Origin: a virus
DNA length: 64,000 bases
Reading direction: 5' to 3' (one strand)
IMG/VR virus record: IMGVR_UViG_3300032770_000012
Location: 1-64,000 of that record
Shown piece by piece: positions 10,251 to 19,198 of the stretch. Every line of letters starts with the position of its first letter. Positions within the stretch are counted from its first letter, which is position 1. A program made the translations under genes and the position numbers. The notes beneath the pieces were generated by a model. The model was given only the letters and a program-made list of their open reading frames with translations. It had not been told where the DNA came from and ran no database searches.

Positions 10251-10568
10251 TTACTTGCCAGCAGGTTGAGCCGCGCTCGGAACCTCGGCGCAGACGAGTT
10301 GTCCATTCTGCGGAATGCGCTGGATCGTCATCTTGGTATGCTTTAACTGCCCGCGAGCCTCGCATTTCTTTTCGTCCCGGTCGGCCCAGGTGTTCAACTC
10401 CGCTTGGTCGCGCGAAATCTTGTCGAGAAATTTATTGTACGTTGCCGTTCGCTCGGAGATTTCATTCACCAGATCCATGGCCGGATCACTGTGCCTGAAA
10501 TACACAAACCCGCTCACGGCTAAGCCGCACAGAATCACTGCCCCGGTGAGTGTCAGGAAGATTTTCAT
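10251..10568 (-). CDS. Membrane-anchored coiled-coil protein
   Basis: N-terminal TM helix followed by a helical segment; TTGATT-17-TAGACT promoter 8 nt upstream. Confidence 0.55.
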   Translation of the reverse strand: MKIFLTLTGAVILCGLAVSGFVYFRHSDPAMDLVNEISERTATYNKFLDKISRDQAELNTWADRDEKKCEARGQLKHTKMTIQRIPQNGQLVCAEVPSAAQPAGK

Positions 10569-10601
10569 TGGATCTCAGTCTACGCCAGAATCGCTTTCAA
10601 A

Positions 10602-11252
10602 TCAACGCATAGCAGCCAGGGACTGCTGGACTTCCTCAAGCAAAGCCTCCGTCATGATGCACTTGCCGATCTCCACTCCTATGTCGTAGATAAACTGGCA
10701 CATCCTCGCTCGTCCAAGATCCTTGTTCTCCCCGTCCATGGAGAAGATTCGCGCTAGGATGCCGTACTTTATGAACGCTGTAAAAGTATCCGGGATCACT
10801 TCGACCGTGCTCGATAGCGTGGGGCTCATGTTAGAAAGTCCGGAAGTTCCAATGATCGTCAGGGTCCCGTTAAAGTTCGGGGTCGGGTAGATCACGAATT
10901 GCTTCATCTGGACCCGATCCTTCCACCATTGACGCGGCGCATCGCGCTGCGCTCTCCAGTTGGGCGTAGCAAACGATACGTCTTCCTGCTCGGACGGCCA
11001 GAGCCAATTGTTATTGCAAAAGACATGATGCAGATCGAGGATGCTGTCCGGGAACGTATAGGTATTATTATTGGCCGTGAATCCGCCGCTGATGCTGACC
11101 GCTGTTTTGATAAGACCGGTCTTTTGCAAGAAGTCCTGCATTGTCTCCACGTAGAAACCCAGAAAATCACCCTGCGTTGTGATGCCAAGTTGCAGCCCGC
11201 CTGGTTCAAGGAGCGTGTTGCAGACTTGCAGATAGATCGTGTTTACGATCAT
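10602..11252 (-). CDS. Head-tail adaptor-like protein
   Basis: Helix-beta-helix layout with YTFPDSILDL, IYPTP and FIKYGILAR motifs; located in the structural operon. Confidence 0.65.
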   Translation of the reverse strand: MIVNTIYLQVCNTLLEPGGLQLGITTQGDFLGFYVETMQDFLQKTGLIKTAVSISGGFTANNNTYTFPDSILDLHHVFCNNNWLWPSEQEDVSFATPNWRAQRDAPRQWWKDRVQMKQFVIYPTPNFNGTLTIIGTSGLSNMSPTLSSTVEVIPDTFTAFIKYGILARIFSMDGENKDLGRARMCQFIYDIGVEIGKCIMTEALLEEVQQSLAAMR

Positions 11253-11887
11253 TTTCGCTCCAGAACGTTGAAGCCGTAGCGCGGCATCCCGGCCATAATC
11301 CAGTCGCCAAGTTCCTTCAGCTTTGCCGCGAGCACCTTATAGCGCTGAGTGGCATCTGCGAATACCTTGCCGCCCTCGGCTAATTGCAGGGCGATTACGG
11401 CGTGCTCGACAACCACGTCGGCGAACTGGTCGGGTAGTACGGCGGTATCCCCAGAATTGACCAACTGGGCTTGTTCTGCCACGCCAGCTACTTCGAGGAG
11501 ATTCCCCCCGTTCGGGTCAGCCGGTACGATCGCGAACAACTTGATTCCGAGCGGAACCCAGTAAGCTGGCGGGCCATTACCCGGAAGACCGCCGAGCCAC
11601 GCCGCGAACTGCTGTGCTGTGGCGTTGGCTGGGCTCTTGAATAGTTCCGTACCGGCCCAGAACACATCAGTCGGATACAGGATCGGACTCGGGACAGAGT
11701 AGAGAACTTGGTTTGCTACGGTGTTGCCAGCCGATTGCCGCGTCTGTGCGAATCCCTTGAATGCCGCCGCGATACGGAGGGCCTCATTCGTCGCGTCGTC
11801 AACCTCGCCGGACGGATAGAACGCGGTATCGTTTTCCAGTCTGGACCAGATGAGGGATTCGAACGTCGCTAGGGTGATGGCGGGCAT
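11249..11887 (-). CDS. Head-tail adaptor-like protein
   Basis: ITLATFESLIWSRLE..FY..EVDDATNEA start and LPDQFADVVVEHAV end typical of adaptors. Confidence 0.65.
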   Translation of the reverse strand: MPAITLATFESLIWSRLENDTAFYPSGEVDDATNEALRIAAAFKGFAQTRQSAGNTVANQVLYSVPSPILYPTDVFWAGTELFKSPANATAQQFAAWLGGLPGNGPPAYWVPLGIKLFAIVPADPNGGNLLEVAGVAEQAQLVNSGDTAVLPDQFADVVVEHAVIALQLAEGGKVFADATQRYKVLAAKLKELGDWIMAGMPRYGFNVLERK

Positions 11888-11890
11888 TCA

Positions 11891-12133
11891 TTACTTGACG
11901 ATTGCGTCGTCCGGTCCGGAAGTATGTCCTCCCCGGCCAAGGAGTTTTCGCGCTCGGCGCTGAATCTCATACCGCCTGTCATCAATCGAGCGCGGAAGTG
12001 GCGTCTGCCCCTTGTCCCACATTCTGGCCTCGTCCTGTTCGTTCAGGTTGGCCCTGGTCGCTTCTCCCAGCACCGTCTTACCGGCATGGTCCAAGGGCCA
12101 GCCCGCGCCATCAACAACGTATCTGCGTGCCAT
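11891..12133 (-). CDS. Hypothetical protein
   Basis: AAGGA RBS; fits operon spacing. Confidence 0.55.
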   Translation of the reverse strand: MARRYVVDGAGWPLDHAGKTVLGEATRANLNEQDEARMWDKGQTPLPRSIDDRRYEIQRRARKLLGRGGHTSGPDDAIVK

Positions 12134-12181
12134 TTACGATTCCTTTCTCATACGTGGTTTTGTCCTGACCAGCTTGCGCTA

Positions 12182-13342
12182 TTATCCCCATCCCACGCCA
12201 GCCACATCTACGTGACTTTGCCAATAATCGTAGCTGAACGACTGGAACAGCGAGTCGTATTCGCGTTCATAGTCATGCGTGGCCTTGGCTTCGTCCTGGT
12301 TGATTGCAAGCGTCCAGCCGTCCTTGTACTTCGCGTCAAAGTCTTTGGCGAGTACCGGATTGAACCAGGGATCTTTCTCCGCGATCCGGCTTCTGAGCGC
12401 CGTTGCGATCGCGCCATCGGTGAACAGAACCGGGTTTATGAACGGCGGCGGCTGGTCGTTCATGCTCACCAGATCCGGCCAGCCCTTGGCGTACAGATAG
12501 CGCAGGGCGTATTGGCTGGTAGGCGGGGGCCACACTTCGTACTGCATGTTGCCGCTCTCGTCTGGGCCAAGATCCACCACCATTTGAGGGGAATTGTACG
12601 AAGTCCGCTGCGGGTCCATCGTTTCAAGAAAGGTGTACTTGATGTCAAAGAACAGTGGAATTCCCTGAGTCGGGTCCACTACGGCAAGTATTCGTTTCAG
12701 ATCCGGACCAGGCGTCACGTATCGCTGGATAATCTGATAGGACTGCTTCGCGGACGAGGCTACCGCCGCTCCGGCCCATGGCTGGTCAACTTCGAGCGAT
12801 GTCGCACTGCGCACGCTCCGAATCGTCATGACGGGCGTATTGTTCATGGCCTGGAACTGCTGACCGGCTAGCGATGAGCACTGAACGGTCTCCGCAGCGC
12901 TATGCGTGTTCTGGAACTTGGCTGTGAACGTGGAGCCGGTCACTAGCCGCACGGCCACGGCTTCCTGGTTTCCGCCGCCCGCGTTCAACAGCAGGAACAT
13001 GCCCGGCTTGATCCCTGTCATGGAGGCTGGCGTGGCGTCAAATATTCCGGTCTGCGAAACGGCGGCGCTCAGCGTGGTATTGATTACGTCATTGATCGGC
13101 CAGGCCGTGCTGACGCCGGTAATCAGGCTCGATCCGGTCGTGGTCCAGATGGTTCCGGTGCTGTATTGGTTGGGGAAATTCCAAACTCCCCGCTGCATGA
13201 GGTCGGTCCAAAATGGACGCGAATCGATCACTTCCCGAATACGGTCATTGATCCAACGGGCAATCTGGCCGGGCTGCGCGTTCTGCTTTACATCGCGAAC
13301 GCGACCGATCATAGTCGCCAAGTTGTCTCGATAGAATGCCAT
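12182..13342 (-). CDS. Head-tail adaptor-like protein with beta-rich insertion
   Basis: WINDRIREV helix, YSTGTI..TTGSSLITGVST insert, EVWPPP..LRYLY end. Confidence 0.6.
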   Translation of the reverse strand: MAFYRDNLATMIGRVRDVKQNAQPGQIARWINDRIREVIDSRPFWTDLMQRGVWNFPNQYSTGTIWTTTGSSLITGVSTAWPINDVINTTLSAAVSQTGIFDATPASMTGIKPGMFLLLNAGGGNQEAVAVRLVTGSTFTAKFQNTHSAAETVQCSSLAGQQFQAMNNTPVMTIRSVRSATSLEVDQPWAGAAVASSAKQSYQIIQRYVTPGPDLKRILAVVDPTQGIPLFFDIKYTFLETMDPQRTSYNSPQMVVDLGPDESGNMQYEVWPPPTSQYALRYLYAKGWPDLVSMNDQPPPFINPVLFTDGAIATALRSRIAEKDPWFNPVLAKDFDAKYKDGWTLAINQDEAKATHDYEREYDSLFQSFSYDYWQSHVDVAGVGWG

Positions 13343-13348
13343 GGGGCC

Positions 13349-14173
13349 TCATACGGAAACGGCAATTGATTCAAGCCACTGTGCGTGGTCGTTCTCGTGG
13401 ACCTCGGGGATGTCGATTTGCCACGTCCTCAGGGCATTCTTGAGCCGAGTGATTTTTCCGATCCGCCAGGTCTTGCCGTCTCTCTCAAAGTAATTCCCCT
13501 GATCGTTCGGGGCAGCGCATTCCACAACCTGATCCTCGATCGGATCGGTATAGCAGTGGTGAACGTAGACATCCGGGAACAGATTGACCTTGGTCGAAAT
13601 CTCTCTGATCGTGGTGAACTTGAGCCCGTACTTCGCGATATTCCTGGAAGCAATGTAGTCGTCAATCAGGTGCTCTGCCCCGATCCTGGGAGGAGAGATC
13701 CGTTCATGGTTGCTCGGAATGATGTTTGAAAGCGCTTCCTCGACCGACAAATCGTCCAGTGGTCGCCACAGATCCACACACCATTCCGAGCCTATAGTGA
13801 ACCAGTTGCAACTTGAAATGTGCCGACCATCGCGATGAAAAAACCGGTCGTACCGCCAGCGCAGACCGGCCATGTCGCTGCCGTTGTGCGCTACTGTGTC
13901 CTTCGGCAGGTGGTTGGTGACATCGAACATGTCCGGGTGAACGAGAGCATCCGAGTCCAGGAAAATCGACCACTCGTCGCCGCGTGTTTGAGCGAGCGCA
14001 TAGATCTGAAATTTTTCTACGGTCAAGGGCCATTCCGGGAAGGCGCGGCGGGTTATGACGCAGAACTCGGCACCGATCTTATCGGCGTAATGCTTCAGAA
14101 GTGGATAGGTTAACCGGCAGATCTCAGGCGAATAGTTGCCGCCAACATTTAGCGTGTAGAGCGTTTTGCGCAT
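13349..14173 (-). CDS. GT-A fold glycosyltransferase-like protein
   Basis: YADKIGAEF, EKFQI and IFLDSDALV (DxD) motifs. Confidence 0.7.
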   Translation of the reverse strand: MRKTLYTLNVGGNYSPEICRLTYPLLKHYADKIGAEFCVITRRAFPEWPLTVEKFQIYALAQTRGDEWSIFLDSDALVHPDMFDVTNHLPKDTVAHNGSDMAGLRWRYDRFFHRDGRHISSCNWFTIGSEWCVDLWRPLDDLSVEEALSNIIPSNHERISPPRIGAEHLIDDYIASRNIAKYGLKFTTIREISTKVNLFPDVYVHHCYTDPIEDQVVECAAPNDQGNYFERDGKTWRIGKITRLKNALRTWQIDIPEVHENDHAQWLESIAVSV

Positions 14174-14198
14174 TCCTCATCTTAAGCCAAGTGCGGCC

Positions 14199-14714
14199 CT
14201 ACGTGACCGAAACCGTACCCATGGTGGCTACCAACCAGTACTGCGTGCCATCACTCTGAACGATACATCCTGCTTTGTCGGTGGCGAGTACCGCGTTGTT
14301 GCCAGCGTCGAGTGCGGCAGCGCCCCCGAGCAACGTCGCGTTGTTTCCGCCAACACGCTTGAAGCGGAATGACTTTGCCCCAATCGTCCCTGGGGATGGA
14401 AGCCGGACGCTTACGGCACCTCCGGTCGTATCGATTTCCACAAAGCTATCCGACTGGATAATCGCGGAATTGTTCGAAGAGGTCGAGCGTGTCATGTCGC
14501 CGCCGCTAATTCCAGCAAAGACGGCGGTCCCGGTCGCGCCAGCGGTGACACATCGCCATAGGGCCGGTCCGGTAGAACCGGTGTTTATGATGATGTCTCC
14601 GACCTTCCAGCCGCCAGCCGGTGCGGGATCGGTGCCCGATGGAGCGGCTGTGCCGAAAGCATAGAAGTTTCCGGCGTTGCTCGCGAGCCTTCCAACGAAC
14701 TGTTCTAGGGCCAC
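14199..14714 (-). CDS. Virion fibre / decoration protein
   Basis: GTAAP..WKVGDII..WRCVTAG and VEIDTTGGAVSVRLP..QSDGTQYW motifs. Confidence 0.6.
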   Translation of the reverse strand: MALEQFVGRLASNAGNFYAFGTAAPSGTDPAPAGGWKVGDIIINTGSTGPALWRCVTAGATGTAVFAGISGGDMTRSTSSNNSAIIQSDSFVEIDTTGGAVSVRLPSPGTIGAKSFRFKRVGGNNATLLGGAAALDAGNNAVLATDKAGCIVQSDGTQYWLVATMGTVSVT

Positions 14715-14722
14715 GTTTCCTC

Positions 14723-15208
14723 CTACACTCCGCTCTGCGTCAGAGATCCTGGGGTCGAACTCGGCTGGAAGTAGCAGATCAGAATATCGACCTGCCCAGC
14801 GGTCGCGTTGTTGTTGGTATCCGAGGTTGGCGTGAAGACCGCCACGACGTTCTTTCCGGTGGTCCGCACGCCGAGCTTCATCGGGGCGGTTTCCTGTGGA
14901 GTCGTGTTGTTGGCGAACACGTTGGCGGCGGTCGTCCAGAACGTAGCATTGCTGCCGTCCCCTAACGACATCGTCATCGCGCCAAGCGATCCGCCCGTAA
15001 GCCCGATAGGTGAATTCACCGAGATGTACATGATGAATCCGCCCGGCAAAATCAGCAGGGACTTCCCGTTGCCGTCCTGAAGCGTCAGGTTACCTGCCAC
15101 TCCGGACGCGGTCGTCAAGGTTTGGAGATCCTTGTAGGTAATCGAATACTTCTTGTAGGAGGGTGCGCCTCCTAGACTCGATGCGATTTCTGTTGCTGGA
15201 GTAAGCAT
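14723..15208 (-). CDS. Capsid decoration (cement) protein candidate
   Basis: Beta-rich 161 aa ending ATAGQVDILICY; close downstream of the major capsid gene. Confidence 0.55.
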   Translation of the reverse strand: MLTPATEIASSLGGAPSYKKYSITYKDLQTLTTASGVAGNLTLQDGNGKSLLILPGGFIMYISVNSPIGLTGGSLGAMTMSLGDGSNATFWTTAANVFANNTTPQETAPMKLGVRTTGKNVVAVFTPTSDTNNNATAGQVDILICYFQPSSTPGSLTQSGV

Positions 15209-15220
15209 AAATTGTTCCCT

Positions 15221-16201
15221 CTAGTTGATCGTTACCGGCAACTCCCTTTCTTCTGGTGATTCGATCTCCACGGACCCTGCAATACCCGTTACCGAACGGC
15301 TCCGCGCTTCCTCAATCAGGTCGATGGTCTTCAGGTAACGACCACCCCAAAATACTTCACAACAAAAATCCAGCGCCTCAGGCCGAACCGTAGTCAGACC
15401 GCAGAGGTAAGCGGCGACGCGCCCCATGTAATGGTGGACGCGGGAGTGGGCGGATACGCCCGGCAGGACCGCGAGGTTGCTCACGGCGTTTTCCCGCTTG
15501 TTGAGGTTGATGTGGTGGACCTTCTCTCCGGGCCTGAGAGAGCGTCCTAGCGCTTTCTCGGCTACCAAGCGGTGCTCCTGGACATAGCCGTCAGATGTCG
15601 CGGCTGGATGATCCGGCTTCCTGATGCGGATATATCCGCCAGCCTCTGTCTTCCATGCGTATCGCTCGCGATTAGTGGTGAGCCTGCGGTGATGACATTC
15701 AGTCCTGTCGATCTGCAATCCAAAGCGGATCAGGTTTTGACGAACAGTCGATTCTCCGCAGCCAAATTCCTTCGCCACCTTCTCCATGGTCCATTTCTTT
15801 ACGATGTAGAGATCTCGCAGCTTTTCCTCTGGCAGATGGACCGAAATCCTTCCACCAAGCGGGCGGGCTTTAATGCTGTAATGGCGCAACCAATTCGAGA
15901 TCGTCATCTGAATCACACCGTGCATCTTGGCAATCTGCTTTTGAGACAAACCTTGCTCGACATACAACTTATGCAATTCGGCCTTTGTCAAAAAAACTTT
16001 TCGCCTGGGATTTGGGGGCGCAGTCGATGCTCTCGCTTGTCTGTGGGAGTAGGGATTAGCGAGCCCGTATTTTTGTCTCCAGTGCATCACGGTAACTGGA
16101 CAGACGCCATACTCGGCAGCGAGAGCGGTGTCTGTTTTCTTTTCCTCACACACAGCTTTTCTGAGAATTTCAACAGTCGGGATTTTGGAGGTTTTATTCA
16201 T
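15221..16201 (-). CDS. HNH homing endonuclease with three N-terminal HTH modules
   Basis: GYVQEHRLVAE..VHHINLNKRENAVSNL; repeated L..LY....S/T..IA..GV HTH units; ATG 16201 after AGAGGA. Confidence 0.85.
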   Translation of the reverse strand: MNKTSKIPTVEILRKAVCEEKKTDTALAAEYGVCPVTVMHWRQKYGLANPYSHRQARASTAPPNPRRKVFLTKAELHKLYVEQGLSQKQIAKMHGVIQMTISNWLRHYSIKARPLGGRISVHLPEEKLRDLYIVKKWTMEKVAKEFGCGESTVRQNLIRFGLQIDRTECHHRRLTTNRERYAWKTEAGGYIRIRKPDHPAATSDGYVQEHRLVAEKALGRSLRPGEKVHHINLNKRENAVSNLAVLPGVSAHSRVHHYMGRVAAYLCGLTTVRPEALDFCCEVFWGGRYLKTIDLIEEARSRSVTGIAGSVEIESPEERELPVTIN

Positions 16202-16224
16202 TCCTCTATTGTAATCTATTATTC

Positions 16225-17193
16225 TCAAAAGAGCGCGGACGAAATTTTGAAAGATGAGCGCGGATCTGGGCAGACCAAATTGCAAGCGACAACATACTGG
16301 CCTGCCAAGTCGAGTGACCGCTGGTCGCCCTTAAATCCGGTGAACCCAAAACTGAACAACTCATCATCGGAGAAGTACCACTCGATGTACTTCGTGTTCA
16401 GGCCGTACATGAAACCGGACGGCATGTAGCGGTCAACCACCACATCGGCCCCGGCGTTGAACCGGAAGTTGGCAAAGCCGACTTGTCCAAGATCAGTTGA
16501 GTTGTTGTCGTTGAAGCGCTGCAACGGCTGAAGCGCCTGCCAGATCAACTGGAAGCCGTTGATGGTGGACGGTATCAGGTCCACATGATCCGGCCCGAAC
16601 CATGCGTTGGTGTACGCCGTGTTGAGCGCGGTCAGGTTGAATCCGCTGAGGCTCGCCACGTAGGAGTTGAGCCCGCCGACCGTGCCGACCGGCGTGATAT
16701 CGTTTCTGGTCTGCCCGCCGACGGATGGGTAGGTGTTGCCGTCATCAAACCACTCGGCGAAGCCGTTTAGCGCCAAGCTGCGGCCAGGATCTTGCGCCGA
16801 CAGGTACATGTCGGTCGCCAGCATTTCCACCATGCGCTGAGCGGCGTTCTCGAACTTGAGCGAGACTTGATTGAACACCGAGGCCGCGCCACGGTTCTTC
16901 ATGCCATCCCACCGGTAGATGGTGATGTTGAGCCCATAGCCCTTCATGTCAACCAGCAACGCCGATTCAGTCGTCACAAAGTCCAGCGGGAAGGCCGCGC
17001 CGCGACCGAACGCACCGCCAAGGAGCTTGCCGACAATGATGGTGCGCTGAATCTGCAAGCCGCCAGTGAAGCGCTCCATCTGATTGGTGTGCAACCGCAC
17101 GAAGACCGGCGAGTTTTTGTAGATGATGTCCGTCGCGCGGGGCACCACCATGTTCGTTACGTACGCTTGCAAATCAGGTAATTGGAGTGACAT
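16225..17193 (-). CDS. Major capsid protein
   Basis: 322 aa directly after the scaffold; FTGGLQIQ, LNGFAEW..VGGQTR and GFANFRFN..VVVDRY..MYGLNTKY motifs. Confidence 0.85.
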   Translation of the reverse strand: MSLQLPDLQAYVTNMVVPRATDIIYKNSPVFVRLHTNQMERFTGGLQIQRTIIVGKLLGGAFGRGAAFPLDFVTTESALLVDMKGYGLNITIYRWDGMKNRGAASVFNQVSLKFENAAQRMVEMLATDMYLSAQDPGRSLALNGFAEWFDDGNTYPSVGGQTRNDITPVGTVGGLNSYVASLSGFNLTALNTAYTNAWFGPDHVDLIPSTINGFQLIWQALQPLQRFNDNNSTDLGQVGFANFRFNAGADVVVDRYMPSGFMYGLNTKYIEWYFSDDELFSFGFTGFKGDQRSLDLAGQYVVACNLVCPDPRSSFKISSALF

Positions 17194-17234
17194 ACGTTAT
17201 TGATTCAGGCCACTTATTTGTGGCGCTCCTCTCC

Positions 17235-18197
17235 TCAAATCTTTCCTACCAGCGTCCCCTCTTTTTCCAGAATGTCCGCCGCCACTTGAGCGTCGAACCC
17301 TGATCCGAGCGGGGTCTTCATTGCCGCTTCGACTGTTGAGTCTTCGGGCTTATTGGCCCGGTCCCGCAGTAATCTCTCGGCGAACTTGGACATCGGCTGA
17401 GCATTGCCGCCCTGCCCTTGATCGGTCGGTGAGCGATGGGTGGCCGCTGCTTCTGCCGCCTTCCTGTCGTCCTCCAGCTTCTTCCGATCGGCTTCCAGCT
17501 TGGCCTTTTCGACCGCGAGGCGCTTGGGCGCTACCCACTCTTCATAGGCTTTGCCCGTAATATCCTTCAAGCGGTCGTCGTTCTCCTGGGCGAACCGCAG
17601 AAACTCCTGCATGTTCGGGATCTCGCCCTCAAATTCCTTTTGGTACTTCGCCAGCACTTCCGCGCCTTTGCCGAACATGTACTCAAAGGCCAATCCTTGC
17701 TTGTTCACGCGATCTTCGAGCGCCTTCACGAACTTTGGCGTCTTGCCATCCGCTTCCATGCCGAACACCGAATCCGGCAGTACGGCCTTCAGGTCGTCCC
17801 GCGAAATATAGCCCTTCTTCTTCAGTTGTTCTTCGACTTGTTCAAACGTCATGTCAGCCCCTTGTCCCGCTTCCAGTTCCCTGATTCGTGCATCCCGCTG
17901 AGAAATGCTCGCAATGGCCTGTGCTTCGCGCTTGGTCATCCCCGCCTCCGGGTCCCAACCGCCAGCCGCGTTGAAGTAGTTCTCCCACGTCTTCAGCCTC
18001 GCGTCCCAGTCCGTTATCTTCTCGTCACGTTCCGCGATCTGACGCCGATGAGACTCCATTTGGCGTGAAAACTCATCTTGCCTCAAGACCGCCTCGTCCA
18101 GCTTCGGGTACTTTTCCAAGGTTTGCTGAATCGTCAGCGTCCCAAATTCCTCGGACGGTACCTTCAACTCACTCAAAACTTCTGCAAATCTGCCCAT
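17235..18197 (-). CDS. Scaffolding protein
   Basis: Charged helical protein with LRQDEFSRQM motif upstream of the capsid gene; AAGGGG RBS before ATG 18197. Confidence 0.7.
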   Translation of the reverse strand: MGRFAEVLSELKVPSEEFGTLTIQQTLEKYPKLDEAVLRQDEFSRQMESHRRQIAERDEKITDWDARLKTWENYFNAAGGWDPEAGMTKREAQAIASISQRDARIRELEAGQGADMTFEQVEEQLKKKGYISRDDLKAVLPDSVFGMEADGKTPKFVKALEDRVNKQGLAFEYMFGKGAEVLAKYQKEFEGEIPNMQEFLRFAQENDDRLKDITGKAYEEWVAPKRLAVEKAKLEADRKKLEDDRKAAEAAATHRSPTDQGQGGNAQPMSKFAERLLRDRANKPEDSTVEAAMKTPLGSGFDAQVAADILEKEGTLVGKI

Positions 18198-18213
18198 GTC
18201 CCTTGTCCCCTTG

Positions 18214-18570
18214 TTAAGCTGCGGCGGCTCCGATTCCAGGCGGCGGGGCCTCTGCCGGATTCGGGGCTCCGGGATTCGGCGCTGCCGAAGCCCTTCCCTT
18301 TTGTAGTGAATCCAACTCTTTGTCGAGTCCCTTGCCTGCGTTGAAAATTGACTCAATGAACGGGATTGTGCTCGGAGCCACTTGACGCGCAATCCGCATT
18401 GCTTGTCCCGCTGTTTCTGCTAACTGCCCTACAATCTGCCGCAACACCTGCATGCCTTCCCCGGATTGCCCGCCACTCGGCATCTGCGCGTAACGCGACA
18501 TGGCCGACTCAGCCGTTTGAGGCTCTGGCCTTAGCTCGGGAGGTAGTGGCGGTGTGGCGGCAGCGGCCAT
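18214..18570 (-). CDS. Hypothetical head-module protein
   Basis: Pro/Ala-rich, in the operon before the scaffold. Confidence 0.6.
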   Translation of the reverse strand: MAAAATPPLPPELRPEPQTAESAMSRYAQMPSGGQSGEGMQVLRQIVGQLAETAGQAMRIARQVAPSTIPFIESIFNAGKGLDKELDSLQKGRASAAPNPGAPNPAEAPPPGIGAAAA

Positions 18571-18571
18571 C

Positions 18572-18862
18572 TTACTTTCGCTCTGCCTTCTTGCTGTACG
18601 GGAAAACCTTGGTCTTCAGGTACAACGGGGACATCGGAGTGACACTGCCTTCCGCTAGATTTGCCTGCTTCGGAGGGAGTGCATCGCCAACTCGTTGAAT
18701 TGTCCCGGTCTTGCTGTCCCATGGACCGCCCTTTGGGGCTTTGTCCACCGGGATAGCGTCTCCAACGCGCTGGTACGTACCGCTCTTTCCACCGGACTGA
18801 ACCGGCTCGCCTTTGCGCGGCACCGAAGGCATAGCGTCGCCGACTCTTTCGTAGGTCGCCAT
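18572..18862 (-). CDS. Small protein with three T-x-x-RVGDA-x-P repeats
   Basis: ATYERVGDAMP, GTYQRVGDAIP, GTIQRVGDALP. Confidence 0.65.
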   Translation of the reverse strand: MATYERVGDAMPSVPRKGEPVQSGGKSGTYQRVGDAIPVDKAPKGGPWDSKTGTIQRVGDALPPKQANLAEGSVTPMSPLYLKTKVFPYSKKAERK

Positions 18863-18864
18863 GA

Positions 18865-18936
18865 CTACATCCGGGTGTAGGACGGCCCGCTCACGCGGGT
18901 CTTCTTGCCCCGGCCCTTGCCCTTTCTCTTTGCCAT
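18865..18936 (-). CDS. 23-aa basic peptide MAKRKGKGRGKKTRVSGPSYTRM
   Basis: AGGAG RBS 8 nt upstream; stop 2 nt before the next ATG; below the ORF-track cutoff. Confidence 0.6.
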   Translation of the reverse strand: MAKRKGKGRGKKTRVSGPSYTRM

Positions 18937-19045
18937 TGTTTGTGCTCCTGGAGAGAAAATGTGGCGGCGAACTTCCTTTGTTCAACCCGGCATCGTGCCC
19001 TAATCGCCGCCGCTTAGGACAGGATCATCGCCGAAGCGCGACGGG

Positions 19046-19087
19046 TTACTTCCGGCTCTTTTTGCGGCCCTTTTTATGACGTGCCAT
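19046..19087 (-). CDS. 13-aa basic peptide MARHKKGRKKSRK
   Basis: Strong AAGGAGG RBS upstream of the ATG. Confidence 0.55.
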   Translation of the reverse strand: MARHKKGRKKSRK

Positions 19088-19198
19088 GATGAAATCCCTC
19101 CTTTCGCTAGAAATCAACAAGTTACCCTGTTCGATGTTTAGTTAAAACCAGGAGCGGGGGTAATGTCAATAGCTAATGGACAAAAAAGTCGTTTAGGC

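Noticed and set aside
15221-16201. Group I intron interrupting the capsid gene
   Set aside because: The capsid ORF looks complete and the flanks are too short for an intron core; a free-standing HNH gene is simpler
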